From an uncultured Nitrososphaerales archaeon (GTDB lineage: Archaea; Thermoproteota; Nitrososphaeria; Nitrososphaerales; Nitrososphaeraceae), in the NCBI GenBank assembly GCA_963713605.1, contig CAVQMO010000010.1, positions 768,001 through 832,000 of the forward strand: DNA of 64,000 nt. Direction: 5' to 3'. Both the position numbers and the translations under genes were made by a program. Under the pieces are notes generated by a model. The model was not told where the DNA came from. It ran no database searches and worked only from the letters and a program-made list of their open reading frames with translations. Shown in pieces: positions 33,905 through 42,603 of the stretch (position 1 is its first letter; each line of letters opens with the position of its first letter).

Positions 33905-34966
33905 ATGAATTCTCTCCATAGGAAGGAATTATTAACAGTCCAGTGGCGGCGAAACGCAGTTCGGATTATTGATCAAACTAAACTGCCTAACAAGTTAGTT
34001 TACCTAACATTCACAGATCATCACGAGATCGCTAAAGCTATCAAGTCCCTGGTAGTAAGAGGAGCTCCTGCGATAGGCATATGCGCTGCTTTGGCATTGT
34101 TGTTGGTAACCATTAATAGCAAAGCGAAATCTGAAAAGGGCTTAAAGTCAGAATTGGAAAGGGCCGGTAGTCTATTATTATCTACCCGACCAACCGCTGT
34201 TAACATCAACTGGGCAGTTAAGAGAATTCTCCAGACTTCCTCAAAAGGTAAGAATGTTAAAGAAATAAGGGATTTAGTTAAGCGAGAAGCGCTGGCGATG
34301 CTCGATGACGACATTCTAACAAATAGGAAAATGGGGAGAGCAGGTTCCTATTTGTTTCGTGATGGAGACGTAGTTATGACACATTGTAACGCGGGGTCGC
34401 TTGCAACTTCAACGTACGGAACTGCGCTGGGTGTACTCAGGACTGCACGAGAAGATGGGAAAAATTTGAAGATCATTGCCACGGAAACTAGGCCGGTAAT
34501 GCAGGGCTCAAGGTTAACTGCATTTGAACTAATGCATGACGATTTTGATGTACGTTTGATTTCTGATACTGCAGTTGGATATGTGATGGCAAATAAGATG
34601 GTTGACAAGGTTATCGTAGGGGCCGACAGAATTTTAAGTACCGGACACGTCTATAATAAGATCGGAACTTACCAGATTGCCATATTGGCCAATATTCACA
34701 AGATACCTTTCTATGTTGCTGCTCCAATCTCGACATTCGATCTAAAAAGCTCCATTTCTGAAATAAAGATCGAGGACAGATCGCCGGATGAGATCACAAA
34801 AATCAAGAACATCCTTATTGCTCCTAAGGGTATTAATACAATTAATCCAGCTTTCGACATCACACCTCCAAATCTTATCACTGGTATAATAACTGAATTA
34901 GGCCTACTCGAGCCACCATTTCAAAGAAGTATCGATACGATTATCAAGCGAAGTAGACGGTATTGA
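33905..34966 (+). CDS. mtnA: S-methyl-5-thioribose-1-phosphate isomerase (eIF2B-like family)
   Basis: 'DQTKLP', 'VRGAPAIG', 'RPTAVN', 'THCNAGSLAT', 'ETRP..QG.RLTAFEL' and 'NPAFDITP'. Confidence 0.9.
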   Translation: MNSLHRKELLTVQWRRNAVRIIDQTKLPNKLVYLTFTDHHEIAKAIKSLVVRGAPAIGICAALALLLVTINSKAKSEKGLKSELERAGSLLLSTRPTAVNINWAVKRILQTSSKGKNVKEIRDLVKREALAMLDDDILTNRKMGRAGSYLFRDGDVVMTHCNAGSLATSTYGTALGVLRTAREDGKNLKIIATETRPVMQGSRLTAFELMHDDFDVRLISDTAVGYVMANKMVDKVIVGADRILSTGHVYNKIGTYQIAILANIHKIPFYVAAPISTFDLKSSISEIKIEDRSPDEITKIKNILIAPKGINTINPAFDITPPNLITGIITELGLLEPPFQRSIDTIIKRSRRY

Positions 34967-35034
34967 GACGAAGGTGCCAAAAAAATACAACAGAACAAAG
35001 TATTTATCGAGTGTAGTGTGGTATGAAATCCTAG

Positions 35035-35640
35035 ATGTCTTCGCAGAAAGTTACCGAGGAGCAGGTGTTCCACGCGTTGCGAAAGTGTATGGATCCTGAG
35101 ATCCCGGTAAACGTGGTGGACCTTGGCCTTATATATAATGTAAGAGTTGACCCGACAAATGATGTCGGGATAGAAATGACTATGACTACTAGGGGCTGTC
35201 CCCTTCATGATACCCTTGTTAGTGACGTCAAGCGTTCGGTAGGCAAAATTACTGGGATAGGAAACATAAATGTCAATATTGTTTGGGATCCTCCTTGGAC
35301 AAGCGACAAGATTAATCCTGTTGTTAGACAAAGATTGGGAATTGGAAAACCAAAATTGCGATTTCAGATAGACTATGAAAAATATAAACCTGCGAAGGCT
35401 GGTAAACTGACCCCTCAAGAAGATGGTTCTTTGGTCCTGTTAAACGATAGTAATCAAGCGTTCATGGTCAATCAGGCCATTGTTGATTTCTGGAATTCTT
35501 GTGAGGGTAGTAAGACGGTAACCGAGTTGACTGATGATTTTTCCAAGAAACTAGGCATGACCCGAGAGCAGGTTGAGAAGGAAGCGCTGCAACTAGTGGA
35601 ACAGCTCTTCGATTCTGGGCTTCTTCAACCTCCTCAGTAA
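35035..35640 (+). CDS. DUF59/SufT/MIP18-like Fe-S assembly domain fused to a C-terminal PqqD/RRE-like domain
   Basis: N-terminal 'DPEIPVNVVDLGLIY...MTMTTRGCP...VWDPPW'; C-terminal 'LVLLN...FMVN....DFWNSCEGSKTVTEL...QVEKEALQLVEQLFDSGLL' fits the PqqD pattern. Confidence 0.85.
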   Translation: MSSQKVTEEQVFHALRKCMDPEIPVNVVDLGLIYNVRVDPTNDVGIEMTMTTRGCPLHDTLVSDVKRSVGKITGIGNINVNIVWDPPWTSDKINPVVRQRLGIGKPKLRFQIDYEKYKPAKAGKLTPQEDGSLVLLNDSNQAFMVNQAIVDFWNSCEGSKTVTELTDDFSKKLGMTREQVEKEALQLVEQLFDSGLLQPPQ

Positions 35641-35681
35641 CATTTTCTAGTTGTTAACAGAAACACACGACTAGTAACGCA

Positions 35682-36263
35682 TTGATATTAGTCGTAGAGC
35701 TGGGAATGGGCGATGGAAGGCATTTGTGTGAATTGTCGAAACATGAACAAAACACCAATACACTCTTCATAGGCATAGAGAATAATAGCGCTCTTTACAG
35801 TGAAGCCACAAGGCGTATCACTACTGATAACGTAGTGCTCATCAACGATAGTTTCGAAAATAGGATTGGGGATTTCGAAAATGGAACAATAGATAAAGTG
35901 ATTATGATACTTCCGGATCCTAAGTATGTTGATCGTCATTACCATGATGATTGGATCCCTTTATATGCAAACATCTTTCTCAAACTAAAGAAATTGGGTA
36001 CACTTGAAATAGTTACCGAAATTATTGACGACTTGCTTCAACCAGTTTCAGACGCTGCATTTTATGATTGGGAAAAATGGCTTCTAGAGGCTTTCGTTAA
36101 GATGGGTTTTGGAATAGATGAGATTTTGAACGAAGCCCCTTCTAACTATACCTCAACATGCCTAGATAGATTCAGACAGGACCCGGAACGAATTAGACTA
36201 ATGACGCTCAGACTGTTCAAACCTTTAACTGAACTTGTAAGCAAATCTCCGAAGGGTACCTGA
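35682..36263 (+). CDS. Class I SAM-dependent methyltransferase, TrmB/NpmA-like
   Basis: 'VELGMGDG', 'FIGIE', 'ILPDP' and 'GTLEIVTE'. Confidence 0.75.
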   Translation: MILVVELGMGDGRHLCELSKHEQNTNTLFIGIENNSALYSEATRRITTDNVVLINDSFENRIGDFENGTIDKVIMILPDPKYVDRHYHDDWIPLYANIFLKLKKLGTLEIVTEIIDDLLQPVSDAAFYDWEKWLLEAFVKMGFGIDEILNEAPSNYTSTCLDRFRQDPERIRLMTLRLFKPLTELVSKSPKGT

Positions 36264-36782
36264 ATTCATGTGTTTCAATTCCACATGATGTTCGTAACAC
36301 TTCCTGGAACACAAAATGGAATTGCAATGCAGCTCTTGGCAGGGTATCGAGTCTTCAGTGTTGTGCTCAATATTGCAGTAAGTGCAAAAGCATCCAAGTG
36401 GTAGTTGAATGGAATAACTGAGCGGTTCACCGCATGATCTTTTCTCCTCGAACCATAATACCTCTGCATCAGTTTTCTCTGCATAGCCTTGAACTCTCTC
36501 AAATGCGTCGTAGTAGCCACCACATTGAAATTCCCTTATTGAAATACTCCCAGTGGATCCGCTTGACTCTCTAATTCTAAATGCAACCAGCCATTTTACC
36601 AAAGGAATTAAATTATGTTCGTCGTTCATCACACCATCAATCACAAGCTTGTTGCCCTTTATTTTTGAATCTAAAATAGGTTTATTATATCGTTCACTTT
36701 TCTTTTTCTTAAGAGTTTCAGGTTTTTTCACTTCAATCAATTCAAGAAGCTGAAATTGGAACAGAAAAATCGACATGTTCAA
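36225..36782 (-). CDS. Hypothetical protein with a C-terminal Cys/His zinc-finger-like cluster
   Basis: 'CFCTYC...C....C....C...CYEHHVELKH'; overlaps the priS stop. Confidence 0.65.
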   Translation of the reverse strand: MNMSIFLFQFQLLELIEVKKPETLKKKKSERYNKPILDSKIKGNKLVIDGVMNDEHNLIPLVKWLVAFRIRESSGSTGSISIREFQCGGYYDAFERVQGYAEKTDAEVLWFEEKRSCGEPLSYSIQLPLGCFCTYCNIEHNTEDSIPCQELHCNSILCSRKCYEHHVELKHMNSGTLRRFAYKFS

Positions 36783-37942
36783 GGATCAAAGTGCACTGCA
36801 TGTGCGAGACCTTTAGATATTAGGTAAACTCCCATGAACATAGGTACATGAACAAAATCCTCGGTAAGATTGAATCTCTCACCTTTCAACTGCAGTTTCA
36901 ACTTCGGGAGCGTAATTTTGACTGTTACTTCGCGACTTGAAAGTTGGCATGGCTCGTCGAAAGGATCAAATGTATTCAGATCTGCACATAGAATCTTTGT
37001 AAGCCCACTCTTACCATTTAACGTTCCTGGCAACCTGAACACTCGGTGAACGTCAGTGGTGACCTGAGAATCAATACGCACGCCCATCTCCTTTGTAATT
37101 TCTGCTACTCGCCTCCTGAATTGTTCTAAGCCCCCTAGTTCCTTGATCAAATTAGATAGCTTCTTCTGCGATGTTATAGACAATCCTAATCTATCGGAGA
37201 TTCTTTTTCGCCAACCATAATCCAATCCGCCCATTGGGAATCTAACGCGAAAATCACTCCGCATATCCTTAGCGGCTCCTATAACATCGGGCAAGATTCC
37301 TACTCCCATTATGTATGCAGCCAAATCCGCTCGTGCTCGCGTATTCAAATCATTGAATGATTCATCTAGTACGTGGACATGAAAACCATTGTTGCCTGAA
37401 AAATATGTAGTGATTTTTTCTGGGCTTATCCCTATATCAGACGTAAGGAACCGATGCAATTTCATAACTTCATTCTTTAGCCCGTTAACACATTTGTCAC
37501 AGGGAAGCATTGAATCTGCAAAGCTATTCGAACCACACTTTGGACAACTTTCCTGAGAGCCGGAGGCGTAACTGCTACTACAAGAAAGGCAGGTTCTATA
37601 AGAATGAGACTGCCTGCATTTCAAGTTGAGGTCCTTAAGATCGATATCAAAAATTAAATCCGCTCCACGCCACCCTTTTTCACTTATCGGGAGCATTGGG
37701 AAGTCGTATTGCGCGTTCGACGCGAATACATCTGAAGGAGTTTCCAATATCAATGCCGCAACCAGCCCTCCCAAATTGGAAAATTCAAGATGTCTCTTCA
37801 TAATACCATCGAATCCCATTAGTCCAAACTCGCGATTCTGCATTCTTGGTGGCTCCTCAACCTTGTTCCCGTGATTGAAGTAGAATTCTCTGAACGCTGT
37901 TTTCACTAAGTGTAAATCCTCGCCTGTTTTGGTCCGAATCAT
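36779..37942 (-). CDS. priS: DNA primase small (catalytic) subunit
   Basis: 'REFG', 'DLIFDID', 'FSGNNGFH' and 'D..VTTDVHRVFRLPGTLNGKSG'. Confidence 0.96.
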   Translation of the reverse strand: MIRTKTGEDLHLVKTAFREFYFNHGNKVEEPPRMQNREFGLMGFDGIMKRHLEFSNLGGLVAALILETPSDVFASNAQYDFPMLPISEKGWRGADLIFDIDLKDLNLKCRQSHSYRTCLSCSSSYASGSQESCPKCGSNSFADSMLPCDKCVNGLKNEVMKLHRFLTSDIGISPEKITTYFSGNNGFHVHVLDESFNDLNTRARADLAAYIMGVGILPDVIGAAKDMRSDFRVRFPMGGLDYGWRKRISDRLGLSITSQKKLSNLIKELGGLEQFRRRVAEITKEMGVRIDSQVTTDVHRVFRLPGTLNGKSGLTKILCADLNTFDPFDEPCQLSSREVTVKITLPKLKLQLKGERFNLTEDFVHVPMFMGVYLISKGLAHAVHFDP

Positions 37943-37967
37943 GATTGTTTCCGGATATTCACCTTTG

Positions 37968-39008
37968 TCACACGTTTGCTTCCTTTGAATGGAATTTGAC
38001 TGCTCTTCCGAACTGTACTGGATTTATCAATCCTTCGCACTGGCTTGTAGCAAAGCAGAGTCCGTCATTTCGTAATTTAGCACATGAAGGGACCAAGTAG
38101 CGAACACGACTTCCTCTTTCTCCTGCCAAGTGTTCAACCTGATACCTGGATACCCTTTCGTCATAATCTGGGGCATTTTTGAAAATAGATACTATCTCTT
38201 CAGTATTTTTTCCTATGGCAAGCATATATGTGGCGAGCATCACCCTCGCAGAATGAGGTAGATTCTCTCCAGTTGCCATTTGGTCCAAAGCGTGGCATAT
38301 ACAGGGAGGGTAAGCTGATGGGGTAATGTCAAGTTTGCGAGATGCTACAGGGATGATCGCTTTTAGAATATTTGCCTGTTCCCTTATCGTTGCTGGTATG
38401 TGAGATGGGTTCATTTGTCTTATTCTTTCTAGCAACAGATTTGCTACCTCAGCTCGAATTAGCCGCACAGTCTCATCAGGATCAAGAAATACTCGACCGT
38501 CGTGAACGAGTCTGTTGATAAGCTTCCAATCTTGCTCGTGAAATAGATGAGACCTTTTTAGATAATCTGTTACCTTCACCTCAAACATCAACTGGTATTT
38601 CAAACTAGGGAGTACGTCCATTTTTAACAGCTCTTTAAAAACCTTGAAAATCAAAAGTCTTTTATTTGAAAGTTCTCGCCGCTCTTTCAAATCACGCACA
38701 AGAAATCTTTCGGCTCTTAGTGCTTCGCAAAGGCAATGTTTTTTGGTTAGGATGTCGGAATTTATCGCTTTAATGATTAGAATTCCGACAAGAAATGTCA
38801 ATATCTCGACTTCGTGTCTTTCTAGAGCGTAATCTGGTTTGCCGTGAACTATTTCACTTCTTATCCTATTTGATGCTCTTTCTACTATATGCCCAAGCTC
38901 GGGTAGATTAAGATCATCGAGATTGAAGTAAGTTTGACGCATATACTCGGCCGCCTCATTCAGGAAAGGGTATTTTGCCAAATCGGCAGTTCCGAGTCGA
39001 ATATTCAT
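37968..39008 (-). CDS. priL: DNA primase large subunit
   Basis: 'AKYPFL', 'YPPCI', 'NLPHSAR' and 'YQVEHLAG...PSC......GLC....C' (Fe-S cysteines). Confidence 0.95.
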   Translation of the reverse strand: MNIRLGTADLAKYPFLNEAAEYMRQTYFNLDDLNLPELGHIVERASNRIRSEIVHGKPDYALERHEVEILTFLVGILIIKAINSDILTKKHCLCEALRAERFLVRDLKERRELSNKRLLIFKVFKELLKMDVLPSLKYQLMFEVKVTDYLKRSHLFHEQDWKLINRLVHDGRVFLDPDETVRLIRAEVANLLLERIRQMNPSHIPATIREQANILKAIIPVASRKLDITPSAYPPCICHALDQMATGENLPHSARVMLATYMLAIGKNTEEIVSIFKNAPDYDERVSRYQVEHLAGERGSRVRYLVPSCAKLRNDGLCFATSQCEGLINPVQFGRAVKFHSKEANV

Positions 39009-39343
39009 AGTTACTCTCTATTATTGCGTTTGCGCTTATAAAATAACAGCGGTCCAATATTATTCAATTTTTAGAAAATCCCCGGTTAGATCTCCTCTTC
39101 TACGCTACTAGAGGCAACAAACGGCGTCAGCGCGCATCCAAGCGATCAGTTCAACACTCATTCACAAGGCCTCTTAAAAATCAAGATCTATTATATGGCA
39201 TACACCTAGGAGTATCCTCGACTCAAAAATAAGGAGGATAGAATCATCAATGAAGGCAGGTTACTAATTGCTGGGATCCTCCGTTCCCCACTATCATCCA
39301 CCAACAAATTTAAAACCTAAATGTGCTTGTCTCCAGCAATACT

Positions 39344-40817
39344 ATGACCAGTTACGACCAAATTATGAAACTTGCACTTGAACGCGGATTTTACTTTCCT
39401 AGCCTGCGAGATCTACCCAGACGCACCTGCGGGATTCTGGGAATACGGTCCCGTAGGAGTCAATATGAAGAACAAATTCATAGCGCTATGGCGCAGGGAG
39501 CTAATACGGCGAGACGGCATGCTAGAAATCGATGGGTCGCAGATAATGAGCCGGAGTGTTTTCGAAGCGTCTGGGCATTTACGTAATTTCAGTGATCCAC
39601 TAGTGGAATGCAAGACCTGTGGTTCAATATTCCGGGCAGACCGATACCTCTCTGAAAAATTGGGGAACCCTGTTCCAGAAGGTACTTCTGAGACTGGTAC
39701 TGAACTCAATAATAAATGAAAATCATATTCAATGCCAAAATTGCAAAGGAGAATTTAAACCAGTAATTGGATTCAATATGATGTTTAAGGTAGGGATCGG
39801 TTCTTCGCATGATGAGGCGTATTTGAGACCTGAAACGTGCCAAACAATTTTTGTTGACTTTGCACGAGTATTCAAGACAATGAGAGGTAGGCTTCCATTA
39901 GGGATTGCTCAGATTGGCAAGAGCTTTAGGAATGAAATTGCACCCAGACAGAGCCTGTTGAGACTTAGAGAATTTTATCAGGCTGAGATCGAAGTTTTTT
40001 GCAACCCTGACCGGTTAAATGAGGTGTCCAAGTTTGACGAAGTCAGAGATACTCCGTTCAATTTGTCTGATGACGAATTTCATCGAGACATAACTGCCAA
40101 CGATTGCTTGAAGGAAGGCTTGTTACCTAATAAGCTAGTTGCCTACTACCTAGCACTATTAACAGAGTTCTATAGCAAAACAGGAATTGACATGAAGAGG
40201 ACTAGATTTAGAAGATTATCCGACGATGAGAAGGCTTTCTATTCTCATCTTGCCTTTGATTTTGAGGTAGAAACAAGCGTAGGTTGGTTAGAGCTCGGTA
40301 GCTTGTAATTACCGGGCTGATTATGACCTGAAAGGTCATTCGTCGACCAGTAACCATAACCTGGAAGTTATGGAGGCCACCAACCAAACCAAAGTTTTAC
40401 CACACGTTTTTGAGTCTGTCGATGGGAATTGATAGAAGTCTATACAGTATCTTAGAACACGCCTATTACGAAGATTTTAGACATGATGATCGAGTCGTTT
40501 TAAGACTCAACCCTTACCTTGCTCCAATTTTGTTTGGAGTTCTTCCTCTTATGTCGAAAACCAACATGGTCGAGAAGTCTAGGACAATTCATTCACTTCT
40601 AAAGAAAGATTTCGATTCGATCTACGATGAGTCAGGTTCGATTGGTAGGAGGTACAGACGGCTAGAGGAAATTGGAGTTCCGTTTGCAATCACTGTAGAT
40701 CAGCAGTCGCTGGTAGATGATACTGTAACTGTCAGATATAGAGATTCTATGGAGCAGGAAAGAATTGGCATAGGGGACCTGAAAAAATTCCTCGATGGAA
40801 AATCTGCGGTAAATTAA
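39344..40817 (+). CDS. glyS: Glycine--tRNA ligase (archaeal/eukaryotic homodimeric type; several frameshifts)
   Basis: Fragments give 'ERGFYFP', 'GFWEYGPVG', 'ASGH', 'YLRPETCQ', 'GKSFRNEI.PRQ.LLRLREF.QAE' and the anticodon domain 'SGSIGRRYRR.EEIG'. Confidence 0.95.
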
Positions 40818-40854
40818 GAATAAAGAACTCTAAAGATGACAATGTAATCTTTAG

Positions 40855-41151
40855 CTATTTCTTTTGCTTAGATTCCTTGTTGATTCTTGTTATCTCGTTT
40901 TCCAAGAGTCTTGAATATTGCTGATAAGATTCTTGGAGGCGTCGGCGAGTGTTTGTAAGTTGCATACAAACATTCAAAGCTTCAATGCAAGAATCCAATG
41001 ATCTTTCTGAGGCGAATCTGCTCAATGCAGATTTAAATTGGATGATAAGTTTCTTCTCTTCAGAACTTTGGTCATTGATAAGGTTTGCAAGCTCCTCAAC
41101 TTCCGCAGAAATATCTGGCACCCCATCCCTGCCAAACTTAATCAACGGCAC
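40855..41151 (-). CDS. Hypothetical helical protein
   Basis: Intact 98-aa ORF with GAGGT SD-like motif upstream. Confidence 0.6.
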   Translation of the reverse strand: MPLIKFGRDGVPDISAEVEELANLINDQSSEEKKLIIQFKSALSRFASERSLDSCIEALNVCMQLTNTRRRLQESYQQYSRLLENEITRINKESKQKK

Positions 41152-41330
41152 CTACCTCAGGAAATTGAAAATTATTACAACTTGAAAACAATAACAGTAA
41201 GTGATTACACATGTAAACTATATTAACGAATGTCAAATGCAGATTTGCTGCCAAGTTCTGTAAACTATCCCAAGCTCCCTTGGTTATCTTAGGACAATGT
41301 TTATTTACAATACTCAAACTTCAGGATTAC

Positions 41331-42176
41331 ATGGTAGTTGATAACAAAGGAACAATTTCGTACCTTAGGGTCTTGAAGGAAGATCTATTGATTTTACGAA
41401 TTACTCCAAATGATGGTCAAGTACCTGACTTTAAGGCAGGTCAGTTTCTTACTGTTGGGACACACATACCTCGAGAAGGAAAAGTGATCCGCAGGGCGTA
41501 TTCAATAGCGTCACCACCGGAGCAGAAAAAACATTTTGAGCTACTCATACGTTGGGTAAGAAAACCAGTACCGGGAAGGCTTACGACCGAACTTTTCAAT
41601 ATGAAGGAAGGAGATGACGTTAGTTGGGTGAAGCCTACTGGCATCTTCATAATCAATCAATCGAAGCCAGATGGGGCACCTGATGAGAGGCGGATGGTAC
41701 TTATTGGTGGAGGGACGGGGCTGGCCCCATTCATAGCCTACTCACTCCATTTAAAGTCTGTCCGTAGTAAGAGGGAGATAGTGGTCCTTCATGGTGCTAG
41801 TTATGTAGACGAACTGAGCTATAGAGAACTCTTGACCCAACTCGAAGATGAAAGTTACGATAACGGTAGGGGGGATAAGTGGAATTTCAAATATAGAGCT
41901 AGTATCAGCCGGCCACAGGAGTGGTTCAATAGAACATGGAGCGGGCAGAAAGGTAGGGTAGAATCATTCTTAAGACCAAAAGCGGGAACGGACAAGTCTC
42001 CTTTAGAGGAATTAGTGGGTGAGAAAATAACTCCAGACAATACATGTTTCTATGTGTGTGGGTGGCAGGGTACAGTTGATGGTGCACTCGATTACCTTGT
42101 ACCGAAGGGTTTTGTTACGGAACGTCAGAAGAGAAAAGACGGTAGTTATGACGTCAAATTCGAATCATATGGCTAG
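41331..42176 (+). CDS. fpr: Ferredoxin/flavodoxin--NADP(+) reductase
   Basis: 'FKAGQF', 'RRAYSIAS', 'GGGTGLAPF', 'FYVCG' and C-terminal 'FESYG'. Confidence 0.92.
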   Translation: MVVDNKGTISYLRVLKEDLLILRITPNDGQVPDFKAGQFLTVGTHIPREGKVIRRAYSIASPPEQKKHFELLIRWVRKPVPGRLTTELFNMKEGDDVSWVKPTGIFIINQSKPDGAPDERRMVLIGGGTGLAPFIAYSLHLKSVRSKREIVVLHGASYVDELSYRELLTQLEDESYDNGRGDKWNFKYRASISRPQEWFNRTWSGQKGRVESFLRPKAGTDKSPLEELVGEKITPDNTCFYVCGWQGTVDGALDYLVPKGFVTERQKRKDGSYDVKFESYG

Positions 42177-42227
42177 GCAAATACTTTTACTAAAGCCTTT
42201 ATATCTGAATATGTTTAGAACAACGAC

Positions 42228-42566
42228 ATGAAATTTGAATTCGAGGAATTTACTTCTGTAGAAGAAGTTTTCATGTACTTGGTGTCAGTAGCCCCATACA
42301 TGAAACAGATCTTGCCAGTAAGTTCGTACAAAGGATATATTTTCTCCATAGTTCCTTTAAGTCCTATTTCAGGCGAAGTTTTAATGATGGTTTATACTAA
42401 AGGGAAATTAGATCCTGGAATGCTCGAATTTGATGTTTCAACAAAGAAATACAAGCAAGTTAGTTCTGTTGAACGAGCTGATAAAAATTATTTTATTATA
42501 TTGACTCCTATCAGGGCTACTATAGCAGATGAAGCAATAACGGCACTCGAGTCAAAAAAACCCTAA
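42228..42566 (+). CDS. Hypothetical protein
   Basis: Intact 112-aa ORF; TTTTATA box about 25 nt upstream. Confidence 0.7.
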   Translation: MKFEFEEFTSVEEVFMYLVSVAPYMKQILPVSSYKGYIFSIVPLSPISGEVLMMVYTKGKLDPGMLEFDVSTKKYKQVSSVERADKNYFIILTPIRATIADEAITALESKKP

Positions 42567-42603
42567 AATTTTTTGTTCGTCTACATAGGCAAGATGCAGA
42601 TTG

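Noticed and set aside
34921..35418. 165-aa minus-strand ORF and similar antisense ORFs in the track
   Set aside because: They lie opposite well-supported genes and show no motifs.
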